A DNA stretch of 64,000 nucleotides. Origin: Utricularia gibba (lineage: Eukaryota > Plantae > Magnoliophyta). The notes under the pieces are model-generated. The model had not been told where the DNA came from. It saw nothing but the letters and a program-made list of their open reading frames with translations, and did no database searches. The position numbers and the translations under genes are program-made. Positions 14,101 through 25,700 of the stretch are shown in pieces (the first letter of the stretch is position 1; each line of letters starts with the position of its first letter). The DNA lies in assembly GCA_002189035.1 (NCBI GenBank), contig NEEC01000010.1, positions 3,348,001 to 3,412,000 of the forward strand. Reading direction: 5' to 3'.

Positions 14101-14918
14101 AAGTTAACAGGAAATCCAGAAAATGTAAGAGAAAAGCAAACAAAGGCAGTATTAAAGAAGCACGGCCGAAAGATTGCTGGAAAACTCTACACCCAGACAA
14201 ACGGCATAGCCTGAAAGGAAGACATCAACAGAGCATTCGAGTGTACCTGAACAAAAAACAATGCTATTGGGTTCCCCCGCAAACAAGATATCCTCACATA
14301 GCGACAAGGAGAGTAACTCATTGGGTAAGTTACATCATGGCGAGGTGCCTCACATCGTGGGCGAACTTTGATGAAATTTTCTGGCTGCAAAGAGAGCATG
14401 TAAGGAAGAACGCAATTAAGATGCTTCCAACAAGAACAGCGGTACTACGAGTTGTTAGAGAAAACCCACTAGAACTTGGACAAGACTAAAAAGATGACGG
14501 TTACAAGAATCCGTATTGAAGATCAGGACTTCATAATTGCTGAGCGACATACATCAAATGAACATTCCGTGCAGAAAATGTGGTTTCACAAACCTTGTAA
14601 CGTAACCCAACTGAAATTTCCCACTCCAAAACTGACTTATTATAAATCCTTAGGTGAGAAAGTAGGCACGGCTCCTACGAAGTAGAAAAAAACCCCATTA
14701 GATTCCATACGCAAACATTTTGGTACAGGCATCAAACAAGTTGGCAGGCATACGTCGAGCTCCAGCAAAATCCACTCTTTAGTGTTTGTGCCAGTAGACC
14801 AATGGTTCCGGAGGTCTGTGTCGAGCAAGTTCGTGGCCTTCTGAGAAGGAGATTCTCTTGACATGGCTTTCACTTTGTAAGACAAAGGCTTCACCCTTGA
14901 CTCCGTTTCCACCTCCAT
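5162..14918 (-). CDS. Large (~2100 aa) plant-conserved protein of unknown function: N-terminal discoidin/DOC-like beta-domain, long probable alpha-solenoid, C-terminal coiled coil and R/E-rich tail
   Basis: More than 20 exons from ATG 14918 (MEVETESRVKPLSYKVKAMSRESPSQKA...HWSTGTNTKEWILLELD-EPCLLSHLRIYNKSVLEWEI...CRYVRISCLRGNPIA), through a ~3.5-kb exon (about 10460-6970), to ...ERRERESRREGKWERKH stop at 5162. Traced junctions are in phase except two homopolymer frameshifts (10366-10376, 6310-6314). Domain labels are inferred from sequence character. Confidence 0.85.
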
Positions 14919-15725
14919 CTTCCAACTTCAGTCTCTTTCTTTCTCTATCTCTCTCTCTCGATCGCTCTCGGGGTTAGAATAATGTGCTCCCGGAAATTCA
15001 AGAACGAAGTTTACCTGCGATTTCAGCCGGTAGATAACTCTGGGCAAGCACTCGCTTTTAATATCGAGAACTTCCCAGACGAAGCTGTTAGATTTCTGTT
15101 CTGACTTGATTCTGAAGTTTATGACAGAAGCCTACCTTTCCGCGCAGGAGTGGGAATTGTGACTTAACACATCCGTAGGGTTTTTATTACACTTGTGATC
15201 CCCTCTAGAACTTGGTCATCAAGTAAACCTTCGAGCATATAAAACGACCGACCAAACATCGTTATCTGTTGCCCATTCAGACAATGATCCTGCAATCCAT
15301 TTTCTACAGAAAACCCATAAATTAAGACTGAACTGTTTTCACCAAATTGAAAGTTCCAGGAACGATGATCAAATCTAGAGCAATTGAACCGTTAGGATTA
15401 AACTATCACTTTGAAATTTAGTAATCTTTTTGTCTTCAGCCCATGTCCGAATCAAAACAGTTGCAGCACACAACTACATTCATGAAATGATTCCATGAAC
15501 AAGAAGATCATGGGAGGGCCCATATAAGGGCATTCGATTATGCTTTGATGTTCCTTCCCAGGTTTTCTAGCTGCTGTTGCTGTCCCGTGTTCAAACGCGT
15601 AAATCAATTGGTTACAGAAAAAATGTTTCTTTTCGTCCTACAATCCTCATCTGTAGTCTCTCAATTGACGAGAAAAAAGAATATATTTTGTTGTCTTTCT
15701 CCGTAACATTAGTGAAGGCAAAAGA

Positions 15726-17098
15726 ATGTCTGGAGAAAGTGTTCGTTTTGATCAAATCAAGGTATACATTGGAGGTGAAGATGAAAAGGGCGATTCACAA
15801 TCACAACTCCAGGTACCGAAACTCGGAATTTCGACGGCTTGTTAACCCAATTAGCGGCTTCTGCTTCTGCTTCTGCTCTCGGAATGGAGCTTTTCATCAT
15901 CAACCATTCAACTCGGGATTGATTCTGAAAATGGGAATGATGTCCATGTTCATGATCAAATGAGCGCCACTTTTGATGCTCAAAAGGAGTATCTTTATCT
16001 TCACGACCCCACTGTTTCAACGGATTTCATTCAAAATCTCCACACTGTTTCATCCCCAGACAACCCATTTTCCGTTCCATCTCATCTGCTTCCCCCCTTG
16101 TTCAAAATATTCCGATTTGTTTAAATCTTTAGGCGTTTTGGATGAATCATCTGTTTATGACACTTTGAATCAGCCATCTTTGTTGAGAAATATGTTTCAC
16201 TCTACACCCAACGGAGGAGGTTCAAAATTGGATCTTTTTTTGATGGTGAGGGAGGATTGTTTCAAAATCAAAATCACAATGCAAATGGAGGAGAAACAGG
16301 GGATTTTGAATGTGGGTTTTTTGAGTTCTCTGCTGGAGAAATAGACCATCGCTTTGGTAGCAAAGGAAATGGAAATGCCACCAAGCATTTGGGAACTGAA
16401 AAGCAGAGAAGAGTTGCTATGCACAAGTATGAAACTTTGAGTAAAATTATACCAAATCCCCGTGAGGTAATGTAATTAATCAAGTTTTCCAAGAACAAAC
16501 ATACCAAATTTGATTGTTTCATTTCTTTCTTTTTTTTTTTTTATCGATTCAAGAACGATAGAGCCTCTGTGGTTGCTGACGCTACAAGTCATATCAAAGA
16601 ACTAAAGAAGAGGAATGCAAAAGAAAGGCTCAAAAGGCCCAAGACTGAATCTGGTAATGGTATGATTATTGGAGATGTAAACCAGGAGGATGGATTTACT
16701 CTTAGAAGCTCATGGCTTCAGAGGAAAACTAAACATATGGAGATTGATGTAAGAATCATAGATGATGAGGTTACTGTGAAGCTTGTGCAACAAAAGAGGA
16801 TCAACTGCCTAGCTAGTGTTTCAAAGGTACTCGATGAGCTTAATCTTGATCTTCATCATGTTGCGGGAGGTCTTATAGGTGATTAGTACAGCTTTTTGGG
16901 GTAAAAACTACAGTCCGCATTCCAACAAAAAGTGTCATTTTTGTATCATTTTGTCAATTAAATAGAGGTTTGTTGTAGATTTCTGAAGGCTCCATTGTTC
17001 ATGCAAGTGCACTGCCCAACAAACTGATCGAAGTTGTGGCTCAGCAGCGTGCAGCGGCAGCCGAAACTGCTGTTGGTCATCCAAGCGGAAGATTATGA
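15726..17098 (+). pseudogene. Decayed bHLH subfamily II gene (bHLH010/089/091-like, anther/tapetum type)
   Basis: Homologous blocks MSGESVRFD, SSVYDTLNQPSLLRNMFHS, DFECGFFEF, TKHLGTEKQRR..KYETLSKIIPNPRE-NDRASVVADA, LRSSWLQRKTKHMEIDVRIIDDEVTVKLVQQKRINCL, LDLHHVAGGLIGD and last exon ISEGSIVHASALPNKLIEVV. They are interrupted by stops (15843, 16122, TAG 16884-16886), frameshifts and deletions in the HLH. Confidence 0.8.
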
Positions 17099-17971
17099 TG
17101 ATGCAGTAGTAGGTGCTTCTTCTCCGGATGAAGACTTCAGAGGGAAACACCATCTTCATGATCCTTTATCTCATTGCTGAAATTCAGATTAGATGACTGC
17201 TAACACCCAGAGGAACACATGGCAGCTTTGTCCCCTCCCTCCCAAACTCGTTATCATCCCCTCGCTGATCTTCTACCCCAACTGATTCATGCGTCTACAT
17301 GCTGTTTCACACACAGTTGAAGCCTTGGGTTAAACCTTGTGAGCCTTCACAGTTACGTGAACCAACCAGATGCACAAAAGCACGGACACCACAAGCAGAA
17401 GAGACGAAATCATGCTATGCCGGTTTTCTGCCCAAGTTCAACCAACACAGGGCAGAAAAGTTACACCACAAGCAGAAGAAATTCTTGCCTTTTATTAGCT
17501 TCCATTCATATGTTAATAAATTGAATCTATTTATTATAAAACATTATTTAGAAAAAAATCAAAATTCTTATCAAATTTTCAATAAATTATTAAATTCAAC
17601 ATAAAACAAATAATTATTGTGTGGCTGGGGCAGTAGAACAAGTCCCCGTCCCATTATCATACATTATACCGTACAATTTCTGTTTATTATTATATTATTT
17701 AATTAAAAAAAAACTGAATTATGCGCAGACCGATTGACATTATATGCGTTTATTGGGAGCCCATGACCCAATTATTAAGTAGATGGATAAAATTAATAAT
17801 ATGATAATGCTTAAGCTTCATTAATTATTAATTAAATTAAGATAAGCCGCCTTAATAATGTAAGTAAGATTAGTTTACTTGGGGTCGGACTGATTTGTCT
17901 TCTTCTCCCTTGCGTTGCGATAACCACGGTGTGTTCATTAGGTAGACAAGGTGCAGGTGTGAAGGTGGCGT

Positions 17972-18657
17972 ATGGATGTCGGAAGTTCTCGGGAGGCTGA
18001 AGGGGGTCCGCCGCCGGCAAGCGCCCGAGGGGGCGTCCGCCGGGGTCGCGGAACAGGCCTAAGCCGCCGGTGATCGTAACCAGGGAAAGCGCCAACACAC
18101 TCCGAGCACACATCCTCGAGGTTGCGCGCGGCTGCGACGTCTTCGACGCTGTGTCGTCGTACGCGCGGAGGCGCCAGAAGGGTATTTGCGTCCTTAGCGG
18201 CAATGGGATTGTCAACAACGTGACTCTGAAGCAATCGGTATTGGGGGCTTCTCTTCTTATGAGTGCGAGTGTATAAATGAATGATATTCCACTTTTTGTT
18301 TTTGTTTTTTGAATAGGAGGCGATGGGGAGCGCGGTTGCTCTTCAAGGCCAGTTCGAGATTCTCTCCGTTTCCGGGTCGTTTCTTCCGCATCCGGCGCCG
18401 GCGTCGGCGACTAGCTTGACGGTGTACTTGGCCGGGGGGCAAGGGGAGGTGCTGGGGGGAATGTGGTTGGCCCTTTGATTGCATGCGACCCGGTGATTCT
18501 CATAGTGGCCTCCTTCACGAACGTCGCTTATGAGAGGCTTCCCGCAGAGGAAGAGGAGGCGCTCCACTTGCAGCCGCCGAGGGGGTCGCCGGGGATCCCT
18601 TTCCTCGACCTCCCGTCGGAGCATACGTGGACCGGCGCCGCCCGACAACAATTTTAG
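17972..18657 (+). CDS. AT-hook motif nuclear-localized protein, clade A (AHL15-29 type; one AT-hook plus PPC/DUF296)
   Basis: [35 protein letters not shown]; intron 18238-18316; [38 protein letters not shown]. Needs +1 G at 18002-18006 and at 18454-18459, giving about 200 aa. Confidence 0.85.
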
Positions 18658-19174
18658 GGTATGATCCAGCCATGACCTAAGGCGTTAAAATCTTTCTCAT
18701 TCGGAGTGTATGTTATGTTGCTACGCTACAGACTGCTTACAATTTGAGATAATTTATCAATCAGAATATTTCCAATATTTATTATCTTTTAAAATATGGG
18801 GCCAAAAAGGCATAGTTTATTGCAAGTAGTGCCTCGTTCTTACCAAATCTTGAACTACTTGGGATGACATTTTTGAAGTAGGAGACAAAGGTGGGGCCAC
18901 TTTGGGTGGGCGGTCCTATGAAATTATTTTACTACAATAAGAAATAAAAGCATTTACCTGGTCTAAATATCAACGAAAGCGAATTTACTATAAAAATTAC
19001 AAAAATATTGTATTTAATCCACATGGTTTGCATGAAGCCCAATAGCTTCTCGTTCCGTCGGAAATCGGTTTGGGCTGCTCAGGGCCCGAAAATCACCATT
19101 CCGATCAAAACGTGCCGTCTCTAAGAAACAGAAAGTATCACGGAACCTGGAGAGTGATCGCCTTGGCTGCTTCC

Positions 19175-22042
19175 ATGGCATTCAACGGGGGTGCAACTGA
19201 TCAGGTATCGATTTCTGTACTGAATCGTATGTGGTGGACATGGGATTTTTTGAAACCTGCTCAACGAATATCTGTGGATTTTTCTGTTGTTGTTATGGGG
19301 ACTCCTGGTGATTGAATTTGTGGTTTAAATGATTTGGAGCGTCTTGCTTATTTTGGTATCGGGTGGCTCTCAACAGGTTCTCGTGGAAGAGAAGTCTAGT
19401 GCGAGGATTTTGACCCTTAACAGGCCAAAGCAGCTCAATGCGCTTTCCGCAGCCATGGCATGCTTCACTTCACTTGATCTTAGTTTAATCTTGGTTAGGA
19501 TGTTATTTAATTTGTCTGTATTGATGTAGGTATCTCGTTTGTTGGAGCTTTTTCTCGCATATGAAGAAGAGTCTTCTGTCAAATGTATAATATTAAAGGT
19601 ATATTTTTGTTTGCAGAATGGGGATTTTTAGTCGCCAAGCGTACTTTGTGTCTATATAACTGTCGTCGTCTTAAAATTAAACGACAGGGAAAAGGAAGAT
19701 CATTTTGTTCCGGAGGTGATGTTGCTGCAGTTGCCCAGGGTGAGGATGGCCTTTTTCTCAGTTAAATAGGTTCGATTGATTTGAATATAGCCTTCATATG
19801 TACGGTTTGTAGATTTTCATTGACTTGATTCAAACCTTTTTTTATGGATTTTTCTCTGTATACTGATGCCCATTATTATCTTTGGAAATCAGGTGACTCG
19901 AGGGCAGCTGAGAATTTTTTCAGAAAGGAATACATCATGAACTATGTTATGGCTACAAACAGCAAACCTCAGGTGATAAATGAATAGAGCATATCAGATT
20001 ATTCAAATTCAGTACCTACTACTCACTTCTTCTTTGTTGTCTCTATGTTCCAAAGATTTCAATCCTGAATGGCATTGTGATGGGTGGAGGAGGCGGGGCA
20101 TCGATGCATGGTCAATTTCGCATCTCTACTGAAAAATCAGTAATCTCACTTGTTCATTTACGACGTACCTAACAAAATATTTGGTGTGCTGTTGGTGCGA
20201 TTTATGTAGTTGTATAAGAGTGTTTTAGAGTATTTTGTTTATGTCGTCACACAATTGCTGATCAAAAAACAAAATATTTTTCATTGAAAGTCCTGTTTTG
20301 TATGTTTTCTCTTAGTATTTACTATCATCTGTACCTTTATTATAGACAGAGAAGCTTGCGTCCACACATGAATGTTAAACATTACGGCATGCACTATCAC
20401 ATAGTTGAAGCACATCTATTTTTAATGCTGAATTTCAATTAATTAACCTTAAGCGACCGGAGGTTCTTTCTCATCATGGTTCATGTCTTAACTGTTGCAG
20501 CTTTTTGCCATGCCTGAAACTGCACTGGGACTTTTCCCTGATGTAGGTGCCTCCTACTTTTTGTCAAGACTTCCAGGATACATTGGTAAATATTTTTATA
20601 TTCTGGCCCCGATGCTGACAAGGATCTTTGCGTCCCACAATATGTCCTTGGATGAACTTTCTGTTCCATTCGTTGTCTTGATGATCACATTATTTTTCTA
20701 CTTGACCTGTGGCAGGAGAATATATCGGTTTAACTGGCGCTAGATTAGATGGTGCTGAAATGCTTGCATGTGGTTTATCAAATCACTTTGTTCTGTCAGA
20801 GGTATAACCCTTTTTAGACAGATACGATTAGAAGAAGGAATACTACACTATCTGTAACATTTAAAATTCTGGTTTTAAGTCATTTATTGACTATATTTCC
20901 TTGTTCACCTAAAATAACTTAGCCGTTGGGCCTCTACATTGCATACTAAGTGAAGTCAGGTCCCATTGGCAGAAATTATTGTTACTAGAAGAAGAAATTG
21001 TTGAAGCGGATTCAAGTGATGCATCTGTAATCTCTTCTATCATTACTAGATTCTCACAGTCACCAGCTTTGAAAAAGGGAAGCGCTTTCCACAAGTAAGA
21101 TTCTATCTGCAATTTTTTTTTTTTCACTTTCTGTCTCAAAAGTTTCAAATCCCTTCTAATTTCAAGAAGATAGGATCCCTATCTGCCTTGTGTTAATGCA
21201 GCTCGATTATTATCTTCTGTACTTATTCTGATATGTTTCTTGATTATTTATGCCTTGCTCTGCGCAGAATGAACATCATCAACAAATGCTTCTCCCAAAG
21301 AACTGTTGAAGAGATAATAGAAGCTCTAGTAAGTCAACATAAAGCCTTTTCATCGGCAGGTGCAGATCATTAAGTATATGTTTCTTTTTGCTATCACTTT
21401 CAAACATCTAGGAGGGAGAGGCTGATCAAAATAAGGATGAGTGGATCTCCTCCGCACTTCAGTCAATGAAAAAAGCATCACCTATGAGCATTAAAATTTC
21501 GCTGAGATCGGTACCACTGTCTAACCAATCTCAGTTTTAGTTTCTAGGATGGAAATATACATGCTGTGGTTCTGTTAGTGGTACATTTCATAACCTTTCT
21601 CCAGATAAGGCAAGGGCGGCTTCAAGGAGTGGGCAAGTGCCTCATCCAAGAGTTCAGAATGGTGTGCCATGTGATCAGGGGAAAAATTAGCCGGGATTTT
21701 TACGAGGTATGAGGTCACTATACAAAGCTTCCTTACTGCCTACCGTCTCCATTTACTCATCCATCAACGGGCTGGCTTTCCAAATTCAGGGCTGCAGAGC
21801 CATACTATTGGATAAGGATAAAAATCCCAAGGTGGTTTCTGCCTTGCTCAGTGTCTCATCTAAATAGTTTTATTGAATATTTGACTAAGTTCTCGACTCT
21901 GCAGTGGAAGCCAGCAACCTTGGCGGAATTCACTGATGAGATGGTGGGAAGTTATTTTCTGAAGGTAAATGATGTGGAGTGGGAAGATTTGAATCTCCCT
22001 GTGAGGCCAAATGCAACCTTCTTTGCTATTGCTAAGCTTTGA
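19175..22042 (+). CDS. CHY1: 3-hydroxyisobutyryl-CoA hydrolase, peroxisomal (CHY1-like)
   Basis: About 14 exons: [80 protein letters not shown]. Ends in the PTS1 tripeptide AKL. Confidence 0.92.
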
Positions 22043-22788
22043 TGAGCCTGTTCATAGTCATGTTGTATGATTGATGCCTTGCCCTGCTGCGGATGTGAGC
22101 TTGCATGCAGTTGTGCATAAAATAAAATGTGGGAAACAAGAAATTTCTTCTACATTTCTAGGGTTCCCAATTCAAAAAGTAGATTTCAAACGCGAAACAA
22201 GCTGCCTTCATTTTCATCCCATTTACCCTTGAACCCTGTTTCATCATACCTGCCACAGTACACAGAAAAATCAATTTTTCATGATTCCATCTCTGCGACG
22301 CTTCTATGGACTACCATCAGGGGAATTTCTTCACAAAACGATTTCTTTTTCAAATCATAAAGTAGAGAGAAAAAAGAGACGGTACTCTTGGAAACGGAGC
22401 TGCTCTTCGGGAACGTTATCTATGAGATTCATCTGCGCCAGGCAGAATTGTCACAGCAGCTATAATTCCCTATGGAGCTGCTTGAAGCCAATAATATTTT
22501 TAGGAAACCGTAAAGGCTACATTTCCTTCGAGCAAATGCTGTTCTAGTATGAACCTACCATGTATGATGTCTCCTTCACCACACAAGTTCATCTTCGTCC
22601 CGGGACAGTTTTTTTTACCTCACATCATGTTGTGAATCAGTCGAGCAACAGCATCAATCTTGCGGCTTTAAAGCAATAAAAACAGTATGGAAAGATGAAA
22701 GTTTGCAGTATTTATCAGAAAATGTTGTCACTGACTATAAACAAAAGAAAAAGATAAATTTTCTGTACCAGATGAGCATGACGAATGT

Positions 22789-25700
22789 CTATATATACTT
22801 ATCTAATCTGGTCTGTTTGTTAGAACCCGGAGGCCTGAAGCTCCCCAGACGGATACTGGAACCTGATATAGTGTCTTTCACTACAGACTCACCTTTCTCC
22901 GTTTCAATAGAATCCAAGATAAACCCAACTACCTCTGCTGCAAGTCCGATTTCCACGAGTCGCCCCGGCTCTTCTCCACCTTCATATAAAATTCTTGAAA
23001 TGCCGGAGAAGGATACGATATCAGCTGTGATCATTCTAGCGAACAGACGACCCAAGAATTCTGTCGCTCTAGGAGCATCATTCACAGCATCCTCCAACAA
23101 AGTGAGAACGGATGCAAACCTGCCAGAGATCTTACTGTCAAAACTACTTTTTCATGCATGCAGCATATCATACTCAACTAGTATTACCCGCTGATCAGAT
23201 GATCCCATTTAATATGCCCACTTGAGGTTTAGTGATGCTGATAAGAAGATTGGCCAGTAGGTTTCTTTGCACGTCCTTCTGTTCAAAGGAGTCTGTAACC
23301 CAGCTGGAAATCATGGACGGATAGAAACTAGGGGCGTTCAGTTCCTTGATGCAAAGTATAACTTCATTTTCGTCTTTGGCACTGGAAAACATATTCACAG
23401 CTTTCAAAGTTAACACAGACAGAGTAACAACCAGTGGAGCTGCTGCTCGTATAGAAAGACAAAAAATAACACAAAGAAAGCATATATTCAGGGGAATTTA
23501 GTGGACGTCTGTATTTTCAGAACCCATACATGAATATCCTAATCGAAATGTGATGTGAATGGGGGGAATATATGGGTAGAATTTAAAACATGGACTTAAC
23601 ATCTTAAAATATTTTTTTTCGTGTGTGCTATACTGCAGAATGAACTAAGTGAAATACAAAACTGAGTAAGCATAAGTGATGAAATAAAACTACACAGCGA
23701 TATTCGTCAGGGAGTGACAAAAATAGCCTTATGTAATACAGAGCAGGAAAAGAACCTGTAAAATTCTTTAATTGCAGCAATAGACTTGCTCCTTAACTGT
23801 TCGTCTGACAGGACATCTTCTGAAGAAGCATTGTTAAAACCTGCAGATCCAACTTGTCCAGGAGATGACATAGGGACAGACCCATGAAAGATGTGATCCA
23901 TACTTGAGACCTCTCTATTACCATAGAAAGAAACTTTCTCTTGTTTTTGTAACTGATCATGAGCGGACGGAGCATGAAAGCTTTCCTTTGGATACCTGGG
24001 ACTAGGATCATGGCTTTGGTCATAACTTGTCCTCGAACCAAGTCCATTCACACCAAGACCCATCACACGTTCTCCGGGAACTGATGTATCATTTAAACCA
24101 GCAGTGGGTGCTGAAGGCTGTACTCTGGAAGCCATCCCCCTGACTGGAACACCTTGTGGTCCAAGAGTAATACAATCATCCCCAATTGGCCTTTGAGGCA
24201 GAGGAATTGCAGTTGTCCTGTTTTCAAAAGGATGCCTCTCATCCATCCACACATCTTGAGAACCATAAGCTCGCTGGGGATGTAATACATGGGAACCTGA
24301 AGGTGATAGCATAGGAGCCCTAGAAGTAAACTCCGAATGGGAACTTCTTCTTATGGATCCACCCCCACCAGGGGCACGAGACATCCGGGTGGATTGCGTG
24401 TGTCTCTCCTGGGCAGCATCTCTATGCACCTCCTCAATCTTTTTTGGACCTTCAACTTTCCTCCTTTGCTGCCACTTGTTCTTTCTTAGGTCAATTGTAT
24501 CTTTTAACATGAATCGAACCCTGGATGACAATTTTGTATTATTTGAAAGCTGTGCCATGTTTTGGAAATATGCATCCATGTGGACCTTTGCTTTCTGATG
24601 ATCTATAATCTCACCAATTGTGCTCATCAATTTGCACAAAGCTTCAATATTTTCCTCGTCAGGATTCTCATGATGGCCCAGCAACTTGTTTATGCATCCA
24701 TGCATGATTCTCTCGGTCAGCATTCTTTTTTTGTATAGTTCACCTATCAGTCTAATATTACCTAGCATTCTTCTTCTTACTCGGAGCCTCTTCTCTTCTC
24801 TCTCCAGAGGAGAATCTTTACTTTCACCTTCTTCCTCAACTTTATTTGCCTCTTCTTCCTCAATCTCCCTTTTTTCAAACTCTTCTTGGCATTTGTTCAA
24901 GAGTAATCTCTTGAAGGTAATTGTTTGATCATCCACTACCAATTCAGGCAAGTCTGCAGCAAGACGAAAGCAGAAGTCTGCATACATCTCACAGAAGGTA
25001 GGTTCCATCAGAGCCTTATCAAAGATCTGGGAAATAACCCCCGTAAGTGTGATGACATTATCTATGTTGACTTCTTTAACTCGCTGAAACAATTTCTCAA
25101 AATTTTGAGGCGTAAGCTTGTTCAATATGGCCTTCAACTGTCTTTGTTTTCCTTCTTCCTCATCAGTCACCTTCCCTACTTCATACTTCTTCTCAGCCCT
25201 GTGCTTCATCATTTGTGGCGTGTGTGGAGAGGGCATGAGACCCCTTTGGAAACCAGCACCCCGATGCCACCTGTCAGAATCAGAATAATTTCTTTGCAGG
25301 CCTCCCTGTACGGCCATGTTTGGAACTGGACCAGAAAGGATACCCCCAGGGTATTGTAAATGCATTTGTGGCCGCTGAGCCCTTGTTGCTCCAAAGTTAC
25401 CCACTTGACCTGGTCGAAAACCGACTACATTAGAGCCATAACCCATGTCTTCTCTGAAATCCCCTTTCCCAGGGGTAAGGGGACCTGAAAATTTGCTCCA
25501 TTTTTCATCATCTTCAAATCCACTTGGACGGCGAACAACCCTAGAACCCCCCACAGACCTATCAATGTTTCTTCCAGGACTAGGATATGAGTCTCGCATA
25601 CCATGGATATTAGAGGCTACTAGCACATCTGCTATGTCAGCAGGGACTTCAAATCCCTCTGGAAGGTCACAGCATTCTTCCTCGAATTTGAGAAGAAACT

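Noticed and set aside
17095-17181. Possible box C/D snoRNA (ATGATGA...CTGA)
   Set aside because: The C-box coincides with the stop codons of the bHLH last exon, the terminal stem is weak and I recognised no rRNA-complementary guide.
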